Source: Pedobacter sp. (lineage in GTDB: Bacteria > Desulfobacterota > Desulfuromonadia > Desulfuromonadales > Syntrophotaleaceae). Taken from it: a stretch of 64,000 nt of DNA. The translations under genes were made by a program, and so were the position numbers. The DNA lies in contig JBFWJC010000001.1 in the NCBI GenBank assembly GCA_050253415.1, positions 1,320,679-1,384,678 on the forward strand. Direction: 5' to 3'. Below, piece by piece: positions 1-10,599 of the stretch; within the stretch, counting starts at the first letter, position 1, and the number at the start of each line of letters is the position of its first letter. Under the pieces are notes generated by a model, which worked only from the letters and a program-made list of their open reading frames with translations, did not search any database and had not been told where the DNA came from.

Positions 1-1
1 A

Positions 2-58
2 CAGGGGATCGCCGATGTCATCGAACGGCATCTGGGCGTCAGAACAAAGGAGCACTAA
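2..58 (+). CDS. 3' end of an upstream gene, possibly phosphoglucosamine mutase
   Basis: Open frame [18 protein letters not shown] ends just before pdxJ. The identity rests only on recalled Desulfuromonadales gene order. Confidence 0.3.
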   Translation, partial: QGIADVIERHLGVRTKEH

Positions 59-60
59 TC

Positions 61-780
61 GTGGCATTGCTCGGAGTAAATGTTGACCATGTGGCGACCA
101 TCCGTCAGGCCCGCGGGACTAACGAGCCTGATCCGATAACTGCCGCCGCGTTAGCAGAATTGGCAGGCGCCGACGGTATCACCATCCACCTGCGTGAAGA
201 TCGACGGCATATTCAGGATCGGGATGTGGAGTTGATGCGTCAAACCATCAAGTCCCGACTCAATCTGGAAATGGCTGCCACGGATGAAATGGTCGGCATC
301 GCCCTAAAGATATGTCCCGATGCCGTGACTCTGGTGCCGGAAAAGCGCAAGGAGTTGACAACCGAAGGGGGCTTGAACGTTGCCCTGTTGCGTCAGACCC
401 TTAATAAGCATATAGACCTGCTCAAGCAGGGGGGCATAAGCGTGAGCCTGTTTATCGATCCGGATCTTGAACAGGTCAAGGCTTCCCACCGTATTGGCGC
501 CGATGCCATTGAAATACATACCGGCAGCTATTGCGACGCAACCTGTGCCGTAACCCGGGAGAAAGAACTTGGCAAAATAGCTGCCGCTGTCAAGGCAGGT
601 AACAAGCTCGGGCTGTCGGTGCATGCCGGTCATGGCCTGACCTACTATAATGTTCAACCGGTTGTGGCATTGGGGGGAATCCGGGAATTTAACATCGGTC
701 ACAGCATTATCTCGCGTGCCGTTCTGGTCGGTATGGAACGGGCTGTGCGGGAGATGAAGGAACTGGTTGCCGGAGCCTGA
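61..780 (+). CDS. pdxJ: pyridoxine 5'-phosphate synthase
   Basis: [24 protein letters not shown] and FNIGHSII motifs; GTG start after AAGGAG. Confidence 0.97.
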   Translation: MALLGVNVDHVATIRQARGTNEPDPITAAALAELAGADGITIHLREDRRHIQDRDVELMRQTIKSRLNLEMAATDEMVGIALKICPDAVTLVPEKRKELTTEGGLNVALLRQTLNKHIDLLKQGGISVSLFIDPDLEQVKASHRIGADAIEIHTGSYCDATCAVTREKELGKIAAAVKAGNKLGLSVHAGHGLTYYNVQPVVALGGIREFNIGHSIISRAVLVGMERAVREMKELVAGA

Positions 781-781
781 C

Positions 782-1168
782 ATGCCAAGTATAAGTGGTC
801 TGGGCAACGACCTGGTGCGTATCCAGCGCTTTCGAGCTTTTATGCAGAAGGGCAAGACTGCCGTGCTTGAACGGTTGTTTACCCGGGATGAGCGCAGTTA
901 CTGTCTGAGTAAAAAAGATCCGGCGCCACATTTGGCGGTACGGTTTGCCGCCAAGGAGGCATTCCTTAAAGCTCTTGGAACCGGATTGCGACACGGTATC
1001 CGCTGGCAGGACATGGAAGTCGTCCGAGACGAAGCGGGTAAACCTGATTTGGTTCTGAGTGGTGAGGCGGCCCGTTTGTTCTGCGATGGTGGTCATGAAA
1101 GACTGCTTCTGACGTGCAGCCATGATGGCGATTACGCTTTGGCGACAGTTGTTTTTGAAGGCAACTGA
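782..1168 (+). CDS. acpS: holo-[acyl-carrier-protein] synthase
   Basis: GLGNDLV, RFAAKEAFLKALGTG and SHDGDYA motifs; follows pdxJ. Confidence 0.95.
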   Translation: MPSISGLGNDLVRIQRFRAFMQKGKTAVLERLFTRDERSYCLSKKDPAPHLAVRFAAKEAFLKALGTGLRHGIRWQDMEVVRDEAGKPDLVLSGEAARLFCDGGHERLLLTCSHDGDYALATVVFEGN

Positions 1169-1197
1169 TCGGTTTTGTTTTAAGCCTGGAAAGGGGT

Positions 1198-1653
1198 ATG
1201 ATCATGCTGAAAGCCCGTGATATCATGACCAGCGAAGTGCATACGGTTTCCATGGAAACCAGTGTTGAGGAGCTGGCCCGCCTGTTTGTTTCCACCGGGG
1301 TCAGCGCCATGCCTGTGGTCGACGCCGAGGGGGTGCTGCAGGGGATCGTCACCGAAACCGACCTTGTAGCCCAAGATCGTCCGTTGCATATTCCAACAGT
1401 CGTTTCGTTGTTCGACTGGGTTGTTTACCTGGAGAGTGAGGACAAGTTTGCGGAACAGGTGAAAAAAATGACCGCACGCCAGGTAAGGGAGATCTGCACC
1501 ACCGAGGTGGAGAGTTGTTCGCCCGATACGCCGGTATCCCAGATTGTTGCCTTGATGTTGGAAAAAGGTATCCACATGGTACCGGTGGTCGAAAACGGCA
1601 AGCTGTCCGGCGTTGTGGCGCGTCTCGATATTATTCGCAGTATGGAGCTTTGA
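1198..1653 (+). CDS. CBS-domain protein
   Basis: Tandem CBS repeats (ARDIMT...MPVVD...GIVTETDL; VPVVENGKLSGVVARLD). Confidence 0.9.
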   Translation: MIMLKARDIMTSEVHTVSMETSVEELARLFVSTGVSAMPVVDAEGVLQGIVTETDLVAQDRPLHIPTVVSLFDWVVYLESEDKFAEQVKKMTARQVREICTTEVESCSPDTPVSQIVALMLEKGIHMVPVVENGKLSGVVARLDIIRSMEL

Positions 1654-1656
1654 TCT

Positions 1657-2139
1657 GTGCAGGAATGGGTCATTGATACCGCTTCGGCGGAAGAAACAAA
1701 AAGCCTTGGGCGTTGCCTCGGACAGGTTATACAGGAACCTGCGGTGCTCCTTCTGGTCGGCGACCTGGGGGCGGGTAAAACCTGCCTGACCCAGGGCATC
1801 GCACGCGGATTGGGGATCCCGGAGAGTGAACCGATCGTAAGCCCTACGTACACCTTGATGAATTTGTACGAGGGGCGCCTGCCTCTTTATCATTTCGATC
1901 TTTATCGGCTTGCCGATCCCGGTGAGTTGGAAGAACTTGGCATGGAGGAGTATCTGCCTGGCGAAGGTGTGGCCGTGGTGGAATGGGCCGACCGATTCGA
2001 AGATTTGTGTCAAGCCTATCTTGCCATCCGGATTTGCCACCGGGGGCCTGATCTGCGGACCCTTCATTTCCGTGCCGTCGGTTCGACCGGGAAGCTTCTG
2101 TTGGAGTCTTTACAGTCTGCCTGGAATCAGCGAGATTGA
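1657..2139 (+). CDS. tsaE: tRNA threonylcarbamoyladenosine biosynthesis ATPase
   Basis: GDLGAGKT, SPTYTL, HFDLYRL and VEWA motifs. Confidence 0.96.
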   Translation: MQEWVIDTASAEETKSLGRCLGQVIQEPAVLLLVGDLGAGKTCLTQGIARGLGIPESEPIVSPTYTLMNLYEGRLPLYHFDLYRLADPGELEELGMEEYLPGEGVAVVEWADRFEDLCQAYLAIRICHRGPDLRTLHFRAVGSTGKLLLESLQSAWNQRD

Positions 2140-2143
2140 ATCC

Positions 2144-3544
2144 ATGAATGCCTATGACCTGGTAGTGGTCGGGGCCGGACCTGGCGGCTACGTGGCCGCG
2201 CTGCGGGCAGCTCGCCTCGGTGCTCGGGTCTGCCTGGTGGAGCGGGAGCGGCTGGGCGGTACCTGCCTGCACCGCGGCTGTATTCCGACCAAGGCATTGC
2301 ATGCCACGGCGAGGCAGTTGTCGGCATTGCGCTCGGCGGCAGAGCATGGGATCAATATAAGTGGACTGGATTTTGATCCGATCCGCGCCCTGGCCCGAAA
2401 AGACGCGGTGGTAAAGCGTTTGGAACAGGGCATCGCAACTCTGGTGAAACAGGCCGGTATCGATCTGTTTCATGGCGATGCCTCGCTGGTTGGGGGAGGA
2501 CGACTGCGGGTGGAGCGCCCCGGCATGTCGGGGCTGATTCGCGCCCGTGCCATCGTTCTTGCTACCGGCTCCAGGCCTGTCAGGCCCAAATTCCTTGAGC
2601 AGGCCGATAAAAATGTTTTGACCAGCGATGAAATTCTTGTTATGCAGAACCTTCCGTCTTCCTTGCTGGTTCTGGGTGGGGGATACATCGGGTGCGAACT
2701 GGCGGGAATTCTTGCGCGCTTCGGTGTCAAGGTTACGTTGGTGGAGCAACGCCCGCAGTTGCTGGAGAACCAGGATGCCGATGGAGTACGTCTGGTCACG
2801 CAGGGTTTGCAGCGTCTTGGCGTGGAGATTCTCACCGGCACTACGCTGCAACAAGTCAAAAATGACACCGGCGTTCACGCTACCTTCGCGGATGGTCGCA
2901 GTCTGCGATTTGACAAAGTACTGGCGTCGGTAGGGAGGGTTCCCAACACCGAAGGTTTGATGCTGTCAGAGGCCGGCGTGGCTCTGGAGGGCGGCGCCGT
3001 GCAGGTCGATGATAATATGCAGACCTCCTTACCTGGCGTTTATGCCATCGGTGACCTGACGGGGTCCGTGATGCTGGCTCACGTCGCCATGCATCATGCC
3101 GAACGCGCTGTAGCTCATATCCTTGGCGTGTCCGGGCCCATGCGGGGAATCGACCAGCAGGTCCCGAGTGTGGTTTTTACGCAGCCGGAACTGGCCCAGG
3201 TTGGAGAGTCGGAGGCAGCGTGCCGCTCCAGGGGACAGGCTGTCAAAATTGGCAGATTTTCCTTTCAAGCCAGTGGCAAGGCTCTGTGTGACGGGGCAGG
3301 CGAAGGGATGGTAAAACTGATCGCCGATGCGCAAGACGGGAAGTTGCTCGGGGCTATGATTGTTGGCGAGGATGCTGCGACTCTGATCGCAGAGGTCGCA
3401 ACGGCCATCGGATCAGGCATTACGGCTCGACAGCTTGCGACCATTGTGCATGCTCATCCTACCCTGTCGGAGATTGTCCAGGAAGCAGCACGCGACCTGG
3501 ACAATGAGGCTATTCACAAACCGTTCAAAATGGATGCAGGTTGA
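2144..3544 (+). CDS. lpdA: dihydrolipoamide dehydrogenase
   Basis: GAGPGGYVAA, GGTCLHRGCIPTK redox disulfide and HAHPTLSE; start taken at ATG 2144. Confidence 0.92.
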   Translation: MNAYDLVVVGAGPGGYVAALRAARLGARVCLVERERLGGTCLHRGCIPTKALHATARQLSALRSAAEHGINISGLDFDPIRALARKDAVVKRLEQGIATLVKQAGIDLFHGDASLVGGGRLRVERPGMSGLIRARAIVLATGSRPVRPKFLEQADKNVLTSDEILVMQNLPSSLLVLGGGYIGCELAGILARFGVKVTLVEQRPQLLENQDADGVRLVTQGLQRLGVEILTGTTLQQVKNDTGVHATFADGRSLRFDKVLASVGRVPNTEGLMLSEAGVALEGGAVQVDDNMQTSLPGVYAIGDLTGSVMLAHVAMHHAERAVAHILGVSGPMRGIDQQVPSVVFTQPELAQVGESEAACRSRGQAVKIGRFSFQASGKALCDGAGEGMVKLIADAQDGKLLGAMIVGEDAATLIAEVATAIGSGITARQLATIVHAHPTLSEIVQEAARDLDNEAIHKPFKMDAG

Positions 3545-3656
3545 TTGCCTGAGGTCGCCGGGCACCGTCGTCCCGTACTTTGGATAAACCTGCGTATTCA
3601 TAATCCAGGCTGAAGAAGATGCCTGGTTTTCTATAATGAAAAGGAGGAAGGGGACT

Positions 3657-4889
3657 ATGGCCCTGGTTGTACAGAAATACGGGGGAACATCGGTCGGTAC
3701 CACCGACAGGATTCGTAATGTTGCCCGTCGTGTCGCCAAAACCTACGATGATGGCAACGATGTGATCGTGGTTTTGTCAGCCATGTCCGGCGAAACCAAC
3801 AAGCTGGTTTCTCTGGCTAATGAGATGTGTGATTTTCCCAGTGAGCGGGAATATGATGTGCTGGTGTCAACCGGCGAGCAGGTCACCATTTCCCTGCTGT
3901 CCATGTGCCTGCAGTCCATGGGGTACAAGGCAAAAAGTTACCTTGGACATCAAATCCCGATTATCACCGACAATGTTTTCAGCAAGGCCCGTATCGAAGA
4001 GATCGGCGATAAAAATATCCGCGAGGATTTGAAAAACGGTACCATTATCGTCGTGGCCGGTTTTCAGGGGATCGATCGCGACGGTAACCTGACCACCCTC
4101 GGTCGAGGCGGTTCGGATACCTCCGCCGTAGCGGTTGCAGCCGCTTTAAAGGCTGATGTGTGCGAGATCTATACCGATGTCGACGGGGTATATACCACAG
4201 ATCCGCGTATCGTGACCGAGGCGTCCAAGATTGACAAAATTTCCTACGACGAGATGCTGGAGATGGCCTCCCTTGGAGCCAAGGTTCTGCAGATCCGTTC
4301 GGTGGAATTTGCAAAAAAATTTGGCGTATTGGTACACGTACGTTCCAGTTTTAACGATAATCCAGGTACCCTGGTTACCAAGGAGGACGAGGATATGGAG
4401 ACCGTTCTGGTTTCAGGCATTACATACAACAAGGATGAAGCCAAAATTTCAGTGATGGGGGTTCCGGATAAGCCGGGCATTGCTTCGAAGCTGTTCATGC
4501 CTTTGTCCGCGGCTAATATTACTGTCGATATGATCATTCAGAACGTATCCAATGACGGTCTTACCGATCTGACCTTTACCGTACCTCATGGCGATTTTAA
4601 AAAGGCTCTCAAAGTCGTGGAGGAGATTTCTCGGGATATTGGTGCCGCGGGTGTGCGCAGCGATGAAAATATTGCCAAAGTGTCTATCGTCGGAGTTGGT
4701 ATGCGTTCCCACTCCGGTATCGCCAGCAAGATGTTTCAGGTCTTGTCCCAGGAAGGGATCAATATCCAGATGATCTCCACCAGTGAGATCAAGGTATCCT
4801 GCGTTATTGACGCCAAATACACGGAATTGGCGGTACGCGTTCTGCACCAGGCTTTTGGCTTGGATAAAAAAGACAGCAAGGCCGAATAA
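3657..4889 (+). CDS. lysC: aspartate kinase
   Basis: VQKYGGTSV and [12 protein letters not shown] motifs, plus two ACT domains. Confidence 0.96.
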   Translation: MALVVQKYGGTSVGTTDRIRNVARRVAKTYDDGNDVIVVLSAMSGETNKLVSLANEMCDFPSEREYDVLVSTGEQVTISLLSMCLQSMGYKAKSYLGHQIPIITDNVFSKARIEEIGDKNIREDLKNGTIIVVAGFQGIDRDGNLTTLGRGGSDTSAVAVAAALKADVCEIYTDVDGVYTTDPRIVTEASKIDKISYDEMLEMASLGAKVLQIRSVEFAKKFGVLVHVRSSFNDNPGTLVTKEDEDMETVLVSGITYNKDEAKISVMGVPDKPGIASKLFMPLSAANITVDMIIQNVSNDGLTDLTFTVPHGDFKKALKVVEEISRDIGAAGVRSDENIAKVSIVGVGMRSHSGIASKMFQVLSQEGINIQMISTSEIKVSCVIDAKYTELAVRVLHQAFGLDKKDSKAE

Positions 4890-4930
4890 GGGGTGTCCCA
4901 CCGGATGCTCGGCCGCAGCCAAGGGGTAAT

Positions 4931-6508
4931 ATGATGACTGCGATTCGATTGTACGACACCACGCTGAGAGATGGCACTCAGGCTGAAGAAATCTCCTTTT
5001 TGGTCGAGGATAAAATCCGCATTGCCGAAAGACTCGATGACTTGGGGATTCATTATATCGAGGGCGGGTGGCCGGGATCCAATCCTAAAGACATCAGCTT
5101 TTTTCGGAAAATCCGCAAGGCGTCCTTGCGTCAAACCAAAATCGCTGCGTTCGGATCGACCCGTCGGGCCAAAACGACACCTGATAAAGATACCAATCTG
5201 CGCACTCTTATCCAGTCGGAGCCGGATGTCATTACCATCTTCGGCAAGACCTGGGATTTTCACGTGCGGGAAGCTCTGCGTATCAGTCTGGAGCAGAACC
5301 TCGAGCTGATCAATGACTCCCTGGTGTATTTGAAACAGCATGTCGAGGAAGTCTTTTACGATGCCGAACATTTTTTCGACGGCTACAAGGCTAATCCCGA
5401 ATATGCGATCAAAACGCTGCAGGCGGCCGAACAGGCCGGTGTCGACTGTATCGTACTTTGTGATACCAACGGCGGGACTCTACCGTTCGAACTGCCTGCG
5501 ATTATCGCCGACGTGCGCAAGCATATTTCCACTCCCCTGGGAATCCATTCACATAACGACAGTGAATGCGCTGTTGCCAATTCGTTGGTGGCGGTTGATT
5601 GCGGCATCGTGCATATACAAGGCACGATCAACGGTTTCGGAGAGAGGTGTGGTAATGCCAACCTGTGTTCCATTATCCCCTCTCTGATGCTGAAAATGGG
5701 CAAGGAATGCCTGCGTGAGGACCAGTTGGCGTCGCTGCGCGATGTTTCCCGATTTGTTTATGAATTGGCCAACCTGGTGCCGAACAAGCATCAGCCGTTT
5801 GTCGGGAACTCTGCATTTGCCCACAAGGGCGGCGTTCATGTTTCCGCCATTCAGCGGCATCCGGAAACCTATGAACATATCCGGCCGGAGCGGGTCGGTA
5901 ATGTCAGTCGGGTTCTGGTGTCCGATCTTTCCGGGCGCTCCAATATTCTGGCCAAGGCTCAGCAATTCAATATCAACCTTGATAGCAAGGATCCTCTGAC
6001 CGTTGAAATTCTCGAGCGTCTTAAGACACTTGAAAATCAGGGGTATCAATTTGAAGGCGCCGAAGCGTCGTTTGATCTGCTCATGCGTCGGGCCCTGGGG
6101 ACACTGCGGCCGTTCTTCTCGGTTGTGGGTTTTCGGGTCATCGACAGTAAACGCGAGGGCGAGGAGAAGCCTTTTTCAGAGGCTACCGTACAGGTTAAGG
6201 TCGGCGGCCATATCGAGCACACGGCTGCCGAAGGCAACGGACCCGTCAATGCACTGGACCATGCCTTGCGTAAGGCGCTTGAAAACTTTTACCCTCAGAT
6301 CAAAGAGATGCAATTGCTTGATTACAAGGTCAGAGTGCTTCCCGCTGGAAGGGGCACGGCCTCGATAACCCGGGTTCTTATCGAGTCGGGGGATAAGGCT
6401 ATGCGCTGGGGGACCGTCGGGGTGAGTGATAATATAATCGACGCTTCTTACTATGCACTGGTCGATGCTTTTCAATACAAACTTTTAAAAGACAGCGAAG
6501 CCTGTTAG
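4931..6508 (+). CDS. cimA: citramalate synthase
   Basis: [24 protein letters not shown] and AHKGGVH motifs; LeuA-type allosteric C-terminus. Confidence 0.92.
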   Translation: MMTAIRLYDTTLRDGTQAEEISFLVEDKIRIAERLDDLGIHYIEGGWPGSNPKDISFFRKIRKASLRQTKIAAFGSTRRAKTTPDKDTNLRTLIQSEPDVITIFGKTWDFHVREALRISLEQNLELINDSLVYLKQHVEEVFYDAEHFFDGYKANPEYAIKTLQAAEQAGVDCIVLCDTNGGTLPFELPAIIADVRKHISTPLGIHSHNDSECAVANSLVAVDCGIVHIQGTINGFGERCGNANLCSIIPSLMLKMGKECLREDQLASLRDVSRFVYELANLVPNKHQPFVGNSAFAHKGGVHVSAIQRHPETYEHIRPERVGNVSRVLVSDLSGRSNILAKAQQFNINLDSKDPLTVEILERLKTLENQGYQFEGAEASFDLLMRRALGTLRPFFSVVGFRVIDSKREGEEKPFSEATVQVKVGGHIEHTAAEGNGPVNALDHALRKALENFYPQIKEMQLLDYKVRVLPAGRGTASITRVLIESGDKAMRWGTVGVSDNIIDASYYALVDAFQYKLLKDSEAC

Positions 6509-7065
6509 TGATGAAACGGCCACGCGGAACCGTTCTGCTGGTCACCGTTTTGCTCAGTATACTTATGTTTCGTATAAGCCGGGTGGCTCCTCCTGTCAGG
6601 GATGAGTTCCCGGCTTTTTATGTAAATAATCCCGAGCATGTTACGATTTATTTAGGTTCTGGATTCAAAAATAAAGGCTATCATCAAATTATTGACGGTA
6701 TGTTGATCGAAGACGTCATCCATATGGCGGGGTTTCAAGTGCCGCCAAACCTTGGGAAATCCTTGGCGGAAAAGGGGCCCTTACGTTCTGGGGAGGGCCT
6801 GGAGATATCTTCCCGCGATTTGGAAGTTATTGAAGTGGAACGCTTTTTTGTGCCTGCGGCGCAACGGATTACTCTGGGGATTCCGCTTCATCCTGATACC
6901 ATGAAAGCCAATGATTGGCAAGCGCTGCCGGGTATCGGGCCCCGTCTTGCGGAGCGAATTGTTGTTGATCGCCAAAAAAATGGCGAATTTGGTAGTTTGA
7001 AGGCCCTTACACGTGTCAAAGGCATAGGGAACGGTACTATAAAACGATTGAAGGAATTTTTTTGA
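6508..7065 (+). CDS. comEA: ComEA-family helix-hairpin-helix DNA-binding protein
   Basis: N-terminal hydrophobic segment; LPGIGPRLAERIV and VKGIG HhH motifs. Confidence 0.8.
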   Translation: MMKRPRGTVLLVTVLLSILMFRISRVAPPVRDEFPAFYVNNPEHVTIYLGSGFKNKGYHQIIDGMLIEDVIHMAGFQVPPNLGKSLAEKGPLRSGEGLEISSRDLEVIEVERFFVPAAQRITLGIPLHPDTMKANDWQALPGIGPRLAERIVVDRQKNGEFGSLKALTRVKGIGNGTIKRLKEFF

Positions 7066-7159
7066 AAAAAAATCAATGTTTTTAAGTTATTGTAATCATT
7101 ATTGAAAGTAAAAAACTTTTGGTGACAATGGAAGCTCTTTAAAGCTTTTCTCCTTGGTC

Positions 7160-7175
7160 TGGCACGAGACGTGAA
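7160..7175 (+). promoter_or_regulatory. possible sigma54 -24/-12 promoter
   Basis: TGGCACGAGACGTGAA has a perfect -24 box, but GA instead of GC at -12. Confidence 0.35.
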
Positions 7176-7234
7176 ACTACGTTTTATGCAACGCGCTAGA
7201 TGGTGGAACTGATTTTTCAACCAAGGGGGAAACT

Positions 7235-7390
7235 ATGAGATGTCCTAAATGCAAAGGTCGGATGTACGCCGAGAAATTCTATGATTTCGTGAGAGTATTT
7301 GATGCTTGGAAGTGCTCTGCCTGTGGTGAAATGGTCGATCACACCATTCTTGCGAATCGGGCGCGCAGTCGTAATTTGTTTTTGGGGTAA
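7235..7390 (+). CDS. small Zn-ribbon protein (51 aa, not in the ORF track)
   Basis: MRCPKCKGRMYAEKFYDFVRVFDAWKCSACGEMVDHTILANRARSRNLFLG has two CxxC pairs, an AGGGGG RBS and a downstream terminator. Confidence 0.8.
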   Translation: MRCPKCKGRMYAEKFYDFVRVFDAWKCSACGEMVDHTILANRARSRNLFLG

Positions 7391-7450
7391 GCCCTTGTAG
7401 ATATAAGTCTGAACAGCGTTATATCAGGCGCCAAATATAATTCGTTAGAA

Positions 7451-7484
7451 GGTCGGGGCATCGGTTCCGGCCTTTTTGTTTTTT
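7451..7484 (+). terminator. intrinsic terminator
   Basis: GGTCGGGG...TTCCGGCC stem followed by a T-rich tract. Confidence 0.6.
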
Positions 7485-7526
7485 AATTGATAATGTACTG
7501 ACGAATGCTTGGAAAGGACTCGGATC

Positions 7527-8609
7527 GTGCAGATACACGAATTGGCAGAATATGTCGGTTTTTGGAAGCCGATTATGCTTTTGATTTTACTGCCGCTGGT
7601 TGTTTACGGGGTAGCCACGGTCTTATTGATAATCGTAAAAAAAATAGCAGAGAAAACCTATCCGGGTAGTGCGACGCTGATAACAGACTATGCCATCCGG
7701 CCGATTCGGTTGTTGGTTGTCATGGCCGTATTGGGCATGGTTTTGCCCGTTACAGGCTGGGCTCCCGACATTCTTGGCTTAATACGGCATGTCCTGGCTT
7801 TGGTGATGATAGGCGTATGTGCCTGGTTGTTGATCAATGCAACGTTGGCCGGGCGGAGCCTGTTGCTCATGCGCTATGACATGTCTGCACCGGATAATCT
7901 TCGCGCCCGGTCGGTCTTGACGCAGGTGAATGTTCTGCTCCGGGTTCTGTGGGTTATTATTTTTGTGTTGGCTCTAGCATGCATGCTCATGACATTTGAT
8001 CGCATACGACAACTTGGCGTCAGCATGCTTGCCTCGGCAGGTCTTATCGGTATTGTCGCGGGTTTCGCCGCGCAAAGAAGCCTTGCAACTCTGGTGGCGG
8101 GAATTCAGATCGCGCTTACGCAACCGATTCGCCTGGATGATGTGGTCGTCGTAGAAGGGGAATGGGGGCGGATTGAAGAGATAACTTTGACCTATGTCGT
8201 GATTCGCATCTGGGACGAGAGACGTCTGATCGTGCCGATTACCCAATTCCTGGAACGGTCTTTTCAAAACTGGACGCGCACATCAGCACAAATCCTCGGT
8301 ACGGTTTTTTTATGGACCGATTATACCGTTCCCCTGGCATCGTTGCGCCAGGAGTTGGAGAGAATCGTTGCAAAATCATCTCTTTGGGACCGCAGAGTGT
8401 GTCTGCTGCAAGTGACGGAGGCTGGCGAGCATGCCTTACAGTTGCGGGCCTTGGTAAGTGCTTCTGATTCGGGAAAATGCTGGGATTTACGCTGTGAAGT
8501 GCGGGAAAAACTCGTGGACTATATCCGTGAGATGTATCCGCAGGCGTTGCCGCGCTTGCGTGCAAGTCTGGCCTCCCCGCATGAGGAGGAGGCAACGGGT
8601 TTCAGATAA
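7527..8609 (+). CDS. small-conductance mechanosensitive channel
   Basis: Several TM segments; LLASAG-like/GFAAQ, QPIRLDDVVVVEGEWGRIEEI and FQNWTR motifs. Confidence 0.9.
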   Translation: MQIHELAEYVGFWKPIMLLILLPLVVYGVATVLLIIVKKIAEKTYPGSATLITDYAIRPIRLLVVMAVLGMVLPVTGWAPDILGLIRHVLALVMIGVCAWLLINATLAGRSLLLMRYDMSAPDNLRARSVLTQVNVLLRVLWVIIFVLALACMLMTFDRIRQLGVSMLASAGLIGIVAGFAAQRSLATLVAGIQIALTQPIRLDDVVVVEGEWGRIEEITLTYVVIRIWDERRLIVPITQFLERSFQNWTRTSAQILGTVFLWTDYTVPLASLRQELERIVAKSSLWDRRVCLLQVTEAGEHALQLRALVSASDSGKCWDLRCEVREKLVDYIREMYPQALPRLRASLASPHEEEATGFR

Positions 8610-8621
8610 AATCTTTGTTAT

Positions 8622-9509
8622 TTACTCATCAAGATACCGTTTAATCAGTCCCTGGTAGTTGTCTATGCGACGATCACGTAAAAACGGCCAGATACGTCGT
8701 ACCTGTTCGCTGCGTTGACAATCCAGTGTTACGACCATCACCTCTTCCCGGTCGGCAGAGGCTTGGGCAAGAATCTCCCCCTGGCTGCCTGCGACAAAGC
8801 TGTTCCCCCAAAACTGGGAACCAGCTGCTTGCGGGTCGGGGGAGGGTTCGAATCCTGTGCGGTTAACGGCGATAACGGGCAGTCCGTTAGCGACAGCGTG
8901 TGCGCGCTGGATAGTTATCCAGGCGCCGAGTTGGCGCTGCTGTTCGGCATTTTCATCCCGCGGATCCCATCCGATGGCCGTTGGATAGATAAGCATTTCG
9001 GCCCCGGCCATGGCCATGAGGCGGGCGGCTTCGGGATACCACTGATCCCAGCAGACCAGCACTCCGAGTTTTCCGACCGACGTAGAAATGGGGGTGAAGC
9101 CGAGATCCCCGGGAGTGAAATAAAACTTTTCATAATAACCGGGATCATCAGGGATGTGCATTTTCCGGTAACGGCCGGCGATGCTACCGTCTTTTTCGAT
9201 AACGACGGCTGTGTTGTGGTAAAGCCCGGCTGCCCTCCGTTCGAACAGCGATGTGACAATAACAATATTCAGTTCCTTTGCGATGGTGCCGAATAGCTGT
9301 GTCGATGGACCGGGGATCGGTTCGGCAAGGTCGAAGCAATCGGTGTCCTCAGTCTGGCAAAAGTACAGGCTGGCATGCAGTTCCTGCAAAACCACAAGTT
9401 GCGCACCCCGGGCCGCCGCCTCACGAATGCCCTGGATGCTCTTTTCAAGGTTGCACTGCCGGTCGCCATTGCAACTCTGCTGCACCAGTCCGATGGTTAG
9501 TTTCTTCAT
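8622..9509 (-). CDS. aguB: N-carbamoylputrescine amidase (carbon-nitrogen hydrolase)
   Basis: LQEL, YRKMHIPDDPGYYEKFYF and VCWDQWYPE catalytic motifs; ATGA overlap with the deiminase gene. Confidence 0.88.
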   Translation of the reverse strand: MKKLTIGLVQQSCNGDRQCNLEKSIQGIREAAARGAQLVVLQELHASLYFCQTEDTDCFDLAEPIPGPSTQLFGTIAKELNIVIVTSLFERRAAGLYHNTAVVIEKDGSIAGRYRKMHIPDDPGYYEKFYFTPGDLGFTPISTSVGKLGVLVCWDQWYPEAARLMAMAGAEMLIYPTAIGWDPRDENAEQQRQLGAWITIQRAHAVANGLPVIAVNRTGFEPSPDPQAAGSQFWGNSFVAGSQGEILAQASADREEVMVVTLDCQRSEQVRRIWPFLRDRRIDNYQGLIKRYLDE

Positions 9510-10531
9510 GGTAAAATCCCTTTCGGCAATTGCATGGTAACGCAGTGCAGCGAACCGTGTTGCAGGATAAGTGGCAGGCAATGAACGCCAATGATGGCAC
9601 GATCCGGAAATGCCTGACCGATAGCGGACAAGGCATGGGCATCCTGCGGATCGTTGTAAGTCGGTACCAGCACGGCTTGATTGATTACCAGGTAATTGGC
9701 GTAGGTAGCGGGCAGTCGATACCCTTCTACATCGTAACGCGCCTGCGGCCAGGGCAGCGGGATCAGCCGGTAGGGCTGGCCATCGATGGTGCGAAAGGCT
9801 TGCAATTCCACAGCCATGGCCTGCAATGCAGGGTAATGCTCATCTTCCTCATCATCGCAACAGACATAAAGTATGGTGTTGTTCGGACATAACCGGGCCA
9901 GCGTATCGATGTGGGAATCGGTATCGTCGCCGGCCAGATATCCGTTTTCCAGCCACAGGATCTTCTGGCAGCCGAGTAGGCGAGATAGACTCTCCTCGAT
10001 TTGTTCGCGGGTCAGATGGGGGTTGCGATTGGCGTTGAGCAGGCACTCGCTGGTGGTGAGCAGGGTTCCACTGCCATCCGATTCGATGCTGCCGCCTTCC
10101 AGAGTCAACCCGCAAGTCATCATGGGGGTATCGCCAAAGGCGTTTGCCTGATGCAGACGTCGGGTCACTTGATTGTCAAGATCGGCTGGAAATTTCAGTC
10201 CCCAGCCATTGAAGGTGAAGTCGAGCAATTTAGGCCGTCCATCTTCAAGTACGGTGATGGGGCCGAAATCACGTGACCATGTATCGTTTGTCGGAATCTG
10301 GTAAAGGGAAACCTTGTCCAGGCCGATTTGTGCTGATGAAAGCTTGCGGCGGACATCTTCGATGTCGGGCGCAACCAAAATCACTTTTTCAAAACGGATG
10401 ATTTCACGAACCAGGTTGATGAAAACCGGTTCAACGACTTCTATGCAGGGTAACCAGTCACTTCCTTCGTGGGGCCAAGCCAGCAGGACGGCGTCCTGAG
10501 GTTCCCATTCGGCCGGCAGGCTCAGGGTCAT
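9506..10531 (-). CDS. aguA: agmatine deiminase family protein
   Basis: LPAEWEPQ, DTWSRDFGP, LEGGSIE, DTDSHID and GSLHCVTMQ motifs. Confidence 0.9.
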   Translation of the reverse strand: MTLSLPAEWEPQDAVLLAWPHEGSDWLPCIEVVEPVFINLVREIIRFEKVILVAPDIEDVRRKLSSAQIGLDKVSLYQIPTNDTWSRDFGPITVLEDGRPKLLDFTFNGWGLKFPADLDNQVTRRLHQANAFGDTPMMTCGLTLEGGSIESDGSGTLLTTSECLLNANRNPHLTREQIEESLSRLLGCQKILWLENGYLAGDDTDSHIDTLARLCPNNTILYVCCDDEEDEHYPALQAMAVELQAFRTIDGQPYRLIPLPWPQARYDVEGYRLPATYANYLVINQAVLVPTYNDPQDAHALSAIGQAFPDRAIIGVHCLPLILQHGSLHCVTMQLPKGILP

Positions 10532-10599
10532 AAGTACCTCGTAAGTTGTAGGTTAAACGGGATGCCTATCGTAAAGAAAAAAGCGTTTTGAGGCAATAC

